Positions 20,556 to 34,126 are shown, numbered from the stretch's first letter. The stretch is 39,265 nucleotides of DNA from Octopus bimaculoides (GCF_001194135.2 NC_068983.1:23680249-23719513); one strand, 5' to 3'. The notes: a model not told the origin generated them from the letters alone. Numbers and translations: made by a program.

Positions 20556-23500
20556 GAAACGAAGGAATGAACGACTAAAGAAACGACCGAACAAACGAAT
20601 GTACGTACTTACGAACGAACGAACGAACGAACGAACGAACGAACAAACGAATGATCGAACAAACGACCGAACAAAAAAAACTGACGAACAATCGTACGTA
20701 AGTACGTACGTACGTACGTACGAACGAAAGAACTAACGAACGATCGAAAGAACAAACGTAAGTACGAAGGTACGTACTTACAAACGAAGAAACGTACATA
20801 CGTACGTACGTACGTACGACCGAACGAACGATCGTACGTAAGAACGAAAGAACGAATGAACGAACGAACGTACGTACGTACGTAAGAAATAACGAACGAA
20901 CGAACGTGCGTACGGGCTTACATACGTACGCACGAACAAACGTACTTACGTACGAACGAACGAAAGGAACGAACGAACGAACGAACATACGTACGGACGT
21001 ACGAACGAACGTACGAACGAACGAACGAACGAACGTACGTACATACGTACGAAAGAACGATCGAAAAAACGAACGAACGTACGAAGAATCGAGCGAACAA
21101 AAGAACGAACGAACGTACGTACGTAAGAACGAACAAACGAACGAACGAGCAAAACTAGCGAACGAACGCACGTACGTACGTACGAACGATCGAACGAACG
21201 GACGAACGAAAGAATTAAAGAACGAACGAACGAAAGAACGAACGAACGAACATACGTACGTACGTACGAACGAACATATGTATTTACGTACGAAAGAAAG
21301 AACGAAAGAACGAACGAAAGATCGAACGTACGAACTAACAAACGAACGTACGTACGAACAAACGAACGAACGAAAGAACATACGTACGTACGTAGAAAGN
21401 NNNNNNNNNNNNNNNNNNNNNNNNNNNNNNNNNNNNNNNNNNNNNNNNNNNNNNNNNNNNNNNNNNNNNNNNNNNNNNNNNNNNNNNNNNNNNNNNNNNN
21501 NNNNNNNNNNNNNNNNNNNNNNNNNNNNNNNNNNNNNNNNNNNNNNNNNNNNNNNNNNNNNNNNNNNNNNNNNNNNNNNNNNNNNNNNNNNNNNNNNNNN
21601 NNNNNNNNNNNNNNNNNNNNNNNNNNNNNNNNNNNNNNNNNNNNNNNNNNNNNNNNNNNNNNNNNNNNNNNNNNNNNNNNNNNNNNNNNNNNNNNNNNNN
21701 NNNNNNNNNNNNNNNNNNNNNNNNNNNNNNNNNNNNNNNNNNNNNNNNNNNNNNNNNNNNNNNNNNNNNNNNNNNNNNNNNNNNNNNNNNNNNNNNNNNN
21801 NNNNNNNNNNNNNNNNNNNNNNNNNNNNNNNNNNNNNNNNNNNNNNNNNNNNNNNNNNNNNNNNNNNNNNNNNNNNNNNNNNNNNNNNNNNNNNNNNNNN
21901 NNNNNNNNNNNNNNNNNNNNNNNNNNNNNNNNNNNNNNNNNNNNNNNNNNNNNNNNNNNNNNNNNNNNNNNNNNNNNNNNNNNNNNNNNNNNNNNNNNNN
22001 NNNNNNNNNNNNNNNNNNNNNNNNNNNNNNNNNNNNNNNNNNNNNNNNNNNNNNNNNNNNNNNNNNNNNNNNNNNNNNNNNNNNNNNNNNNNNNNNNNNN
22101 NNNNNNNNNNNNNNNNNNNNNNNNNNNNNNNNNNNNNNNNNNNNNNNNNNNNNNNNNNNNNNNNNNNNNNNNNNNNNNNNNNNNNNNNNAACGAACGAAC
22201 ATACGTACGGACGTACGAACGAACGTACGAACGTACGTACATACGTACGAAAGAACGATCGAAAGAACGAACGAACGTACGAAGAATCGAGCGAACAAAA
22301 GAACGAACGTACGTACGTACGTACGTACGTAAGAACGAACAAACGAACGAACGAGCAAAACTAGCGAACGAAAGCACGTACGTACGTACGAACGATCGAA
22401 CGAACGGACGAACGAAAGAATTAACGAACGAACGAACGAGTGAACGAAAGAACGAACGAACGTACGTACATATGTTGTACGTAGGTAATTACGAATGAAC
22501 GAACGAACGAACGAACATACGTACGTACGTACGAACGAACATATGTATTTACGTACAAAAGAAAGAACGAAAGAACGAACGAAAGATCGAACGCAAGTAA
22601 GAACGAACGAATGAACGAACGTACGAACTAACAAACGAACGTACGTACGAACAAACGAACGAACGAACGAACGAACGAACGAACGAACGAACATAAGTAA
22701 GTAAGTATGAATAACGAACCAACGAACGTAGGGACGTACGTGCGTACGAACTAACAAACAAACGTACGTACGTACATACGTCCGTACGGACGAATAAAAG
22801 AATGAACGAACGTACGAAGGAACGAACGAAAGAACGTACGTACGAACGAAAGAACGAACGAAAGAAATGAAGGAACGAACGTACGAACGAACGAACAAAC
22901 GAAAGAACGAACGAACGAAAGAACGAACGTGCGTCCGTACATACGTAGGTACGAACGAACGAATGAAAGAACGAATGAACAAACGTACGTACGTACGTAC
23001 GAACGAACGAAAGATCAATCGAACAAACGAACATAGGTACGTACATACGTCCGTACGTACGAACAAACGAACGAACGAACGAAAGAACGTACGTACGTAC
23101 GAACGAAAGAACGAACGAACGAACGAGCGAAAGAAAGAACGTACGTACATACGAACAAACAAACGAACGTACGTACGTAATTACGAATGAGCGAACGAAC
23201 GTAACTTCGTACGGGCTTACGAAGGAACGATCAATCGAACGAACGAACGAACAAACGTACGAAGGAATGAATGAACAAACGAAAGAGCGTACTATTTACG
23301 TACGACCGAACGAACGAACGTACGTACGAATGAACCATCGAACAAACGAACGAACGAACGAAAGAACGTACGTACGTACGAACGAAAGAACGAACGAACG
23401 AGCGAAAGAAAGAACGTACGTAACTTCGTACGGGCTTACGAAGGAACGATCAATCGAACGAACGAACGAACAAACGTACGAACAAACGTACGAAGGAATG

Positions 23501-26500
23501 AACGAACAAACGAAAGAGCGTACGTATTTACGTACGACCGAACGAACGAACGTACGTACGAATGAACCATCGAACAAACGAACGAACGTACGTATGTACG
23601 TACGTAAGAAATAATAAACGAACGAGCGGACGTGCGTACGGACGAACGAAGGTACGCACATACGTCTGTACGTACGAATGAACGAATGAACGAACATACT
23701 TACGTACGTAAGAAAGAACGAAAAAACGAACGAACGAACGTACGTACCAACGAACAAACGAACGAGCAAACGAACGAAACAAGTTATGTACGTACGTACG
23801 TACCAACGAACAAACGAACGAGCAAACGAACGAAAGAAGTTATGTACGTACGTACGTACGAAAGAACGTACGAACGAACTTACGTACGTACGTACGTCGT
23901 ACGCACGTGCGAAAATCAAACCAACATAAGGACGTACGTACGTACACACGGAAGTACGTATGTACGTACGTACGAACGAACTAACGAACGATCGAAAGAA
24001 CAAACGTACATACGAACAGACGAACAAACGAAAGAACGTACGTATGAGCGACAGAATGAACGATCGAACGTACGTACGTACATACGTAGGTACGAACGAA
24101 CGAATGAACGAACAAACGTGCGAACAAACAAATGAACGACCGTACGTACGTACGTACGAACGAAAGAGCAATCGAACAAACGAACGAAAAAACGAACATG
24201 CGTACGTACATACGTCCGTACGAACGAAAGAACGTACGTACGTACGAACGAAAGAACGTACGTACGTACGAACGAAAGAACGTACGTACGTACGAACGAA
24301 AGAACGAACGAACGAACGAATGAACGAACGAATGTACGTACGTACGAACAAACGAACGAACCAACGTACGTACATACGTAGGTACGAACGAACGAATGAA
24401 CGAACGAACGTACGAACGAACGAATGAACGAACGAACGTACGAACGAACTTACGTACGAACGAACTTACGTACGAACGAACTTACGTACGAACGAACTTA
24501 CGTACGAACGAGAAAACGAACGAGGAAACGAACGAAAGAATTTATGTACGTACGTACGAAAGAACGTACGTACTTATGTACGTACGTACGTACGAACGAA
24601 CGAACTAACGAACTAACGAACGATCGAAAGAACAAAGGTACGTACGAACAGACGAACAAACAAAAGAACGTACGCACGTACGAACGACAGAATGAAAGAT
24701 CGAACGAACGTACGTACTTACGAAATAACGTACGAACGAGCGAACGAACGTACGTATGTACGAAATAACAAACGAACGAGCGAACGTGCGTACGTACGAA
24801 CATACGTACGAACGAATGAACGAACGAACGTACGAACAAACAAATGAACGAACGTACGTACGAACGAAAGATCAGTCGAACAAACGAACATACGTACGTA
24901 CATACGTCCGTACGTACATACGTCCGTACGAACGACAGAACGTACGTACGTACGAACAAAAGAACGAATGAAAGAACGAACGAACGAACGTACGTACGTA
25001 AGTACGAACAAACGAACGAACGTACGTACGTACATACGTAAGTACGAACGAACGAATGCACGAACGAACGTACGAACGAACGTACGAACGAACGAATGAA
25101 CGAACGTAAGTACGTTCGTACAAACGAAAGATCAATCGAACAAATGAACATACGTACGTCGTACGTATGAACGAACGATCGAACGAACGAACGAACGAAC
25201 AAACGTACATACGTACGGATGTACGTAGACACGAAATAAAGAAAGAACTTACGTAAGAAAGAACGAACGAGCAAACGAAAGAAAGAAGTAATGTACGTAC
25301 GTACGTACGAACGAACGTACGTACGTACGAACGAACGTACGTACGCACGTACGAAAATCGAACCAACATAAGGACGTACGTACGTACACACGTAAGTACG
25401 TATGTACGTACGTACGAACGAACTAACGAACGATCGAAAGAACAAACGTACGTACGAACAGACGAACAAACAAAAGAACGTACGTACGTATGAACGATAG
25501 AATGAACGATCGAACGAACGTACGTACGTACAAAATAACGAACGAACGAGCGAACGTGCGTACGTACGAACATACGTACGAACGAATGAACGAACGAACG
25601 TACGGATGAACGATTGAACGAACGTACGTACGTACGAACGAACGAACGAAAGAACGTACGTACGAACGTACGAAAAAACGAACGAACAAACGAACATACG
25701 TCCGTACGTACATACGTCCGTACGAACGAAAGAACGTACGAACGAGCGAACGAACGTACGTACGAACATACGTACGAACGAATGAACGAACGAACGTACG
25801 AACGAACGAATTAACAAACGTACGTACGTACGTACGAACGAACGAACGAAAGAACGGACGAACGAACGAACGAACGAACGAAAGAACGAACGTACGAACG
25901 TACGAACAAACGAACGAACGTACGTACGTACATACGTGGGTGCGAACGAACGAATGATCGAACGATCGTACGAACAAACAAATGAACGAACGTACGTACG
26001 TACGTACGAACGAAAGATCAATCGAACAAACGAACGAACATACGTAAGTACATACGTCCGTACGAACGAAAGAACGTACGTACGTACGTACGAACGAAAG
26101 AACGAATGAAAGAACGAACGAACGAACGAACGAACTAACGTATGTACGTACGAACAAACGAACGAACGTACGTACGTACATACGGAGGTACGAATGAACG
26201 AACGAACGTACGAACGAACGAATGAACGAACGTACGTACGTACGTACGAACGAAAGATCAATCGAACAAACGAACATACGAACGTACGTACGTATGAACG
26301 AACGATCGAACGAACGAACGAACAAACGAACATACGTACGTATGTACGTAGTTACGAAAGAAAGAAAGAACTTACGTACGTAAGAAAGAACGAACAAGCG
26401 AACGAACGTACATGCGTACGTACACACGTAAGTACGTATGTACGTACGTACGTACGTACGTACGTACGAACGAACGAACTAACGAACGATCAAAAGAACA

Positions 26501-27694
26501 CACGTACGTACGAACAGACGAACAAACGAACATACGTACGTACGTACGTGTGAACGACAGAATGAACGATCGAACGTACGTACATACAAACGAACGTAAG
26601 TACGTACGTACGAATGAATGAACGAACGAAAGATCGAAAGAACGAACGAACGTTCGAACGATCGAGCGAATGAATGATCGAACGTAAGTACGTACGTAAG
26701 ATCGAACGAACGAAAGGACGAACTAAAGAATTAACGAAAGAATGAATGAATAAACGTAAGAACGAAAGAATCATCGAACGAACGAATTGACGTACAATCG
26801 TAGTTACGTACGTACGAACGAACGAACAAAATAACGAACGAACGAACGAACGTACGTACGTATGAACAACAGAACGAAGGAACGAACGTGCGTACATACG
26901 AACGAATGTAAGTACGTACGTACGAATGAACGAACGAACGAACGAAAGAACGAACGATTGTACGAACGATCGAGCGAACGAAAGATCGAACGTAAGTGCG
27001 TACGTACGAAAGAACGAAAGGACGAACGAAAGAATTAACGAAAGAACGAAAGACCGAACGAGTGAACGACAGAACGAACGAGCCATCAAACGAACGAGCC
27101 ATCAAACGAACGAATTAATGAACAAACCTATGTATGTACGAACGTACGAACGTACGTACTATCGATCGAATGAACCAACGTACGTATGTACGTATGTACG
27201 TACGTACGAATGAACGAACAAACGAACGAATGTACGTACGTACGTACGTAATTAGGAATGAACGAACAAACATACTTTCGTATGTGCTTACGAACGAACG
27301 AAATAATGAACGAACAAACGAAAGAACGTACGTATGTACGTACGACCAAACGAACGAACGTACGTACGAATGAACGAAGGAACAAACGAACGAACGAACG
27401 TACGTACGAACGAACGAACGAATGAACGATCGAACGAACGTACATACGTACGAACGTGCGAACGTACGAACATACGTACGAACGAATGAACGAACGAACG
27501 TAGAAACGTACGAATGAACAAACGTACGTACGTACGTACGAACGAAAGACCAATCGAACAAACGAACGAACAAACGAACATACGTATGTACATACGTCAG
27601 TACGTACGAATAAACGAACGTACGAAGGAACGTACGTACGTACGTACAAACGAATGAACGAACGAAAGAAATGAAGGAACGAACGTACGAACGA

Positions 27695-27725
<31 letters not shown>

Positions 27726-30700
27726 AAAGAACGAACGTAATTACATACGAACAAAGGAACGAACGTACGTACGTACGTACGAAGGAAAGATCAATCAAAC
27801 AAACGAAAGAAGAAACGAACATACGTAGTACATACGTCCGTACGTACATACGTCCGTACGTACATACTTCCTTACGTACATACGTCCGTATGAACGAAAG
27901 AACGTACGTACGTACGAACGAAAGAAGGAATGAAAGAACGAACGAACGAACGAACTAACGTACGTACGAAGAAACGAACGAACGTACTTACGTACATACG
28001 TAGGTACGAACGAACGAATGAACGAACGTACGAACGAACGTACGAACGAACGTACGAACGAACGAATGAACGAAAGATCAATCGAAGAAACGAACATACG
28101 TACGTACGTACGTACGTATGAACGAACGAACGAACAAACGTACATACGTACGTATGTACGTAGTCATGAAATAAAGAAAGAACTTACGTACGTAAGAAAG
28201 AACGAACAAGCGAACGAACGGACGAACGAACGTACGTACGAAAGAGCCAACCAACGAGCAAAGGAACGAAAGAAGTAACGTACGTATGTACGAAAGAACC
28301 TACGAACGAACGTACATACGTACGCACGTAAGTACGTATGTACGCCCGTACGTACGAACGAACTAACGAACGATCGAAAGAACAAACGTACGTACGAACA
28401 GACGAACAAATAAAAGAACGTACGTACGTACGTAAGAAGTAACGTACGAACGAGCGAACGAACGTACGTACGAACATACGTACGAACGAATGAATGAACG
28501 AACGTACGTACGTACGAACGTACGAACAAACGAACGAACGTACGTACGTACATACGTAGGTACGAATGAACGAATGAACGAACGAACGTACGAACAAACA
28601 AATGAACGAACGTACGTACGTACATACGAACGAAAGATCAGTCGAACAAACGAACGAACAAACGAACATACGTACGTACATACGTCCGTACGAACGAAAG
28701 AACGTACGTACGTACGTCCGAACGAACGAACAAACGTACATACGTACGTGTGTACGTAGTTACGAAAGAAAGAACAAACAAGCGAACGAACGTACGTGCG
28801 TACGTACACACGTAAGTACGTATGTACGTACGTACGTACGAACGAACGAACTAACGAACGATCGAAATAACACACGTACGTACGAACAGACGAACAAACA
28901 AAAGAACGTACGTACGTACGTACGTGTGAACGACAGAATGAACGATCGAACGTACGTAAATACAAAGGAACGTAAGTACGTACGTACATACAAAGGAACG
29001 AACGAACGAAAGAATTAACAAAAGAACGAACGAATCATCAAACGAACGAATTAATGAACAAACCTATGTATGTACGAACGAACGAACGAACGTACGTACT
29101 ATCGATCGAATGAACCGACGTACGTATGTACGTATGTACGTACGTACGAACAAACGAGCGAATGTACGTACGTATGTACGTAATTACGAATGAACGAACG
29201 AACGTACCTTCGTACGTGCTTACGAACGAACGATCAATCGAACGAACGAACGAACAAACAAACATACGTATGTACATACGTCCGTTCGTACGAACAAACG
29301 AACAAACGAACGTACGAAGGAACGAAAGAACGTACGTACGTACGTACAAACGAATGAACGAACGAAGGAAATGAAGGAACGAACGTACGAACGAACGAAC
29401 GAACAAACGAACGAGCGAAAGAACGAACGTTCATACGTACGAACAAACTAGCGAACGTACGTACGTACATACGTATGAACGAACGATCGAATGAACGAAC
29501 GAACGAACAAACGTACATACGTACGTATGTACGTAGTCACGAAATAAAGAAAGAACGTACGTACGTAAGAAAGAACAAAGAAACGAACGAACGGACGAAC
29601 GAACGTACGTACGAACGAACGTACGAACGAACGTACGAACGATCGAGCGAACGAAAGATCGAACATAAGTACGTACGTACGATCGAACGAACGAAAGGAC
29701 GAACGAAAGAATTAACGAAAGAACGAATGAATAAACGTAAGAACGAAAGAATCGTCGAACGAACGAACTGACGAACAAACGTATTTACGTACGTACGAAC
29801 GAACGAACATACGTACTAACGAACGAAACAACCAACATACGTACGTACGTACGGATGAACGAACGAACGAACAAACGAAATAACGAACGAACGAACAAAC
29901 GAAATAACGAACGAACGAACGTACGTACTTATGAACGACAGAACGAAGGAACAAACGTGTGTACATACGAACGAACGTAAGTACGTTCGTACGAATGAAC
30001 GAACGAACGAACGAACGAAAGAACGCACGATCGTACGAACGATCGAGCGAACTAAAGATCGAACGTAAGTGCGTACGTACGAAAGAACGAAAGGACGAAC
30101 GAAAGAATTAACGAAAGAACGAACGAGTGAACGACAGAACGAACGAGCCATCAAACGAACGAATTAATGAACAAACGTATGTACGTACGAACGAACGAAC
30201 GTACGTACGTACTATCGATCGAATGAACCAACGTACGTATGTACGTATGTACGTACGTACGAATGAACGAACAAACGAACGAATGTACGTACGTACGTAC
30301 GTACGTAATTACGAATGAACGAACGAACAAACGAACGAACGTACGTAAGTAGGTACGTACGTACGAACGAACGAACGAATGAACGAAAGAACGATCGAAC
30401 GAACGTGCATACGTACGAAATAACGTACGAACGAGCGAACGAACGTACGTACGTACGTACGAAATAACGAACGATCGAGCAAACGTGTGTACGTACGAAC
30501 ATACGTACGAACGAATGAACGAACGAACGTACGAACGAACGAATGAACGAACGTACGTACGTACGTAAGAAAGAACGAAGAAACGAACGAACGGACGAAC
30601 AGACGAACGAACGTACGTACGAACGAGCAAACGAACGAAAGAATTTATGTACGTACGAAATAATGTACGAACGAACGAACGTACGTACGCACGTACGAAA

Positions 30701-30878
30701 ATCGAAGTAACGAAAGGACGTACGTACGTACGTACGAACGAACGAACTAATGAACGATCGAAAGAACAAACGTACGAACGAACGGACGAACAAATGAAAG
30801 AATAAATGAACGAATGAAAGATCGAACAAACGGACGTACGTTTGAAAGATCGGACGAACGAACGAACGAACGAACGAA
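20556..30878. repeat. ~10.3 kb complex tetranucleotide satellite (ACGA)n/(ACGT)n with variants and higher-order repeats
   Basis: Largely 4-nt-register units ACGA, ACGT, AAGA, ACAA, ATGA, ACAT and ATCG. The + strand is A-rich. Contains one N gap (21400-22189). Confidence 0.97.
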
Positions 30879-30909
30879 CCTTAGTGGTTAGCCGCATTTA
30901 AGTGACAAA
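30879..30909. mobile_element. Solo TIR of the 20294-20462 MITE family, fused to the satellite end
   Basis: ccttagtggttagccgcatttaagtgacaaa; its reverse complement matches the left TIR at 20294 at 29/31. It is followed by (TA)n. Confidence 0.85.
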
Positions 30910-31223
30910 TATATATNNNNNNNNNNNNNNNNNNNNNNNNNNNNNNNNNNNNNNNNNNNNNNNNNNNNNNNNNNNNNNNNNNNNNNNNNNNNNNNNNNNN
31001 NNNNNNNNNNNNNNNNNNNNNNNNNNNNNNNNNNNNNNNNNNNNNNNNNNNNNNNNNNNNNNNNNNNNNNNNNNNNNNNNNNNNNNNNNNNNNNNNNNNN
31101 NNNNNNNNNNNNNNNNNNNNNNNNNNNNNNNNNNNNNNNNNNNNNNNNNNNNNNNNNNNNNNNNNNNNNNNNNNNNNNNNNNNNNNNNNNNNNNNNNNNN
31201 NNNNNNNNNNNNNNNNNNNNNNN

Positions 31224-31244
<21 letters not shown>

Positions 31245-31255
<11 letters not shown>

Positions 31256-31490
31256 GTGTATGAATGTGTGTATATGTTTTTGTGACTGTGTTTGTCCCCC
31301 CACCATCGCTTGACAACCGATGTTGGTGTGTTTACATCCCCGTAACTTAACAGTTCGGCAAAAGAGACTGATAGAATAAGTACTAGGTTTACAAAAAAAA
31401 GAGGTCCTGGGGTCGATTTGTTCAACTGAAGGCGCCGCTCCAGCATGGCTGCAGTCAAATGACTGAAACAAGTAAAAGAATAAAAGAATA
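31245..31490 (+). mobile_element. SINE family A, 3' half (5' half presumably in the gap)
   Basis: tgtttgtccccccaccatcgcttgacaaccgatg...ccagcatggctgcagtcaaatgactgaaacaagtaaaagaata. Confidence 0.85.
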
Positions 31491-31494
31491 GTAA

Positions 31495-32000
31495 ACCCAT
31501 ATAGCTTAATGGTTAGGGTGTTTGGCTCATGATTGTAAGGTTGCGGGTTTGATTCCTGGCAATGTGTTGTCGCCTTGAGCAAGACACCTTATTTCATGTT
31601 ACTCCAGTCCATTCAGCTGGCATAAGTGAGTAGTACCTGTAATTCAAAGGGCCAGTCTCGTTACATTGAGTCTCCCTGAGAACTATATTGACCCTTTAGT
31701 ATTCAGATTGCTCTGTCAAATGTATTGCTTATCTATTCCCATTGCTTTGAATTAATCAAGCATTATTTTGTAGCTTTAGGATTTCAACGGTGCGTTTCTC
31801 TGTGTTGAAAATGACATTGTAGAGTAGGTGTGAGAGGTTGGACCTAGTCAGTTTGAACATAAAACAGTTGGAATATTTGGGCTGGATATGACCCAATTAA
31901 ATGCTAAAGGGTTAAAGCTGCCTGTGTCTGTGGAGTACTCACTCAAATGCACAATAATTTCATGAGCAGGCTATTCTACTGATCAGATCAACTGAAACGC
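31495..32000 (+). mobile_element. SINE family C split by a TTAA MITE
   Basis: Head tagcttaatggttaggg...ccttgagcaagacacc. The body resumes after 31915 with gtgtctgtggagtactc...gagcaggctatt. Confidence 0.75.
31692..31911 (-). mobile_element. Complete TTAA-type (piggyBac-like) MITE P1, 220 bp
   Basis: ttga|ccctttagtatt ... aatgctaaaggg|ttaa: inverted ends matching 11/12, with a TTAA-like TSD (31688-31691 and 31912-31915). Confidence 0.85.
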
Positions 32001-32304
32001 TCGTGCTAGTTATAAGGTTGACGTGATGGCAGTGTACTCTGGCAAATGAGGCATGTCACCTATTGTTGGAGCTCCACAGATATAAAGAGATTTGTGCTCT
32101 TCTGAATCATACTAGTTCACTGCATGTCAGCACAGATTCATAGTCAACTAAATTTTACGCCAATACTTTGCGACTACTATTTTATTCATAGTATAAATGA
32201 AGAAATATGTTGGTCTTGGTTAGATTTGAACTCAGAATGTAAAGATCTCGGAGTAAATACTACAAACTTTCTGTCTTACATTCCGATGATTCTGCCCAGC
32301 CATA

Positions 32305-32324
32305 GCTTCACACATGCGTATACA

Positions 32325-32357
<33 letters not shown>

Positions 32358-32870
32358 GCACGCATACATGCACACATACATGTACACACACACACATGTG
32401 TGCATGCACATGCCACACCATAGATATATATATATATACCTGCATGCATATGATTATAACGATACGCATGTAAGCATATACATAGATATGCATACATACA
32501 TGCATGGGCGTACTGACATCCCTACATGGACATCTAACTAACATATACATATACTCATATGAACATACACACACACACACAAACATATATGTATATATAT
32601 ATATATATATATATNNNNNNNNNNNNNNNNNNNNNNNNNNNNNNNNNNNNNNNNNNNNNNNNNNNNNNNNNNNNNNNNNNNNNNNNNNNNNNNNNNNNNN
32701 NNNNNNNNNNNNNNNNNNNNNNNNNNNNNNNNNNNNNNNNNNNNNNNNNNNNNNNNNNNNNNNNNNNNNNNNNNNNNNNNNNNNNNNNNNNNNNNNNNNN
32801 NNNNNNNNNNNNNNNNNNNNNNNNNNNNNNNNNNNNNNNNNNNNNNNNNNNNNNNNNNNNNNNNNNNNNN

Positions 32871-32922
<52 letters not shown>

Positions 32923-33028
32923 CTCGCACATACTCACACACACGCAGGTGTGCACACACACAAGCACGCACACACACAAGCGCGCACACACACAAGCGCG
33001 CACACACACAAGCGTGCACACACACAAG

Positions 33029-33062
<34 letters not shown>
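32305..33062. repeat. CA/TA compound microsatellites and a ~16-bp minisatellite (cacacacaagcgcgca)n at 32950-33040
   Basis: Directly visible. Contains an N gap. Confidence 0.85.
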
Positions 33063-33066
<4 letters not shown>

Positions 33067-33419
33067 GTCTCTTTTGAATAGAGTTTGATTTTTAGTTATA
33101 CATATTCAAATGTACCTCTATGGTCTTAAGCTATCAGATGTGTGCACATAAACATTAATGCATATAAACATATGCAAATGCATTTTGATGCACAGAAATG
33201 TGCATGAACACTGGTGTGTATGCACAAATGCACATCAGTGCATGAGTAGCAAGTATACAAATAAACAGATATACAAAATACAAAATAATGAAACTGCAGA
33301 ATGGGGAGACCCAAATATATTTGGATGATCACGAAATCTTGCAAATAGTTGTATGCACCAATTACATTGGTATATGGTTATGAATTATAAAATACACACA
33401 CATGGGTGCTGGTGCCACG

Positions 33420-33620
33420 TAAAAAGCACCGGTGATGGTGCCATAGCACCCAATACACCCTATAAAGTGTTTAGCATCAGGAAGGGCATACAGCTGTAGA
33501 AACCAGGCCAAAGCAAACTATGGAACCTGGTGTGACCCCTGACCTTGCCAGCTCCTGTCAAGCTGTCCAACCCATGGAAACATACATTAAATGATGATAA
33601 TGATGATGACAACGATGATG
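33420..33620 (+). mobile_element. RTE 3' UTR-derived short element
   Basis: ggtgccacgtaaaaagcacc...gcatcaggaagggcatacagctgtagaaac...ccaacccatggaa...taaatgatgataatgatg. Confidence 0.7.
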
Positions 33621-33621
33621 A

Positions 33622-33775
33622 CACTGAGTGGTAAGAAGTTAGCTTACCAACCACACTGTTCCAGGTTCAGTCCCACTGTGTCACTTTAGGCAAGTGCCTT
33701 CTAGTATAGTCCTTGGCCTACTAAAGTCTTGCGAGTGGATTTAGCATGTGTACGTAAATTGAAAGAAGCCTGCTG
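33622..33775 (+). mobile_element. SINE family A, 5' part (old)
   Basis: gtggtaagaagttagcttaccaacc...ggttcagtccc...ggcaagtgccttctag. Confidence 0.7.
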
Positions 33776-33787
33776 AATGCATACATA

Positions 33788-33900
33788 CAAGGTGGTATAA
33801 AAAGGTTCCTGAACTAGTTATGTTTGATAAAAAATAACTTATTTACTTAAGTTTTATTTCGCATTCCATGTCGGTTATCTCTGACGAGTGTACATTATAT
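33788..33900 (+). mobile_element. Mariner-type terminal fragment
   Basis: ta|caaggtggtataaaaaggttcctgaact resembles the TIR at 5380 (-). The other end was not located. Confidence 0.5.
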
Positions 33901-34069
33901 AATTGGTTTGTTGCCTAACACTCCATTATATAATATCGTGTGAAACCGATTGGTAAAACCAGCCATGATGGATAATTAACACTATAAAATTCTGATGATA
34001 TACCCACTCTACTATCAGTTATATGAGTGCATTTTCTCCCTGACTAATAGACTCTTAGATGACTCAAGC

Positions 34070-34070
34070 A

Positions 34071-34126
<56 letters not shown>

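Noticed and set aside
20556-30878. CRISPR-like array or heat-shock-element cluster
   Set aside because: There is no constant repeat with unique spacers, and the context is eukaryotic. The GAA units are direct repeats, not alternating nGAAn/nTTCn.
20575-30897. Dozens of long ORFs (up to 738 aa) over the satellite as protein genes
   Set aside because: They are open in many frames on both strands, are pure translations of the 4-nt repeat, and several read through N gaps.
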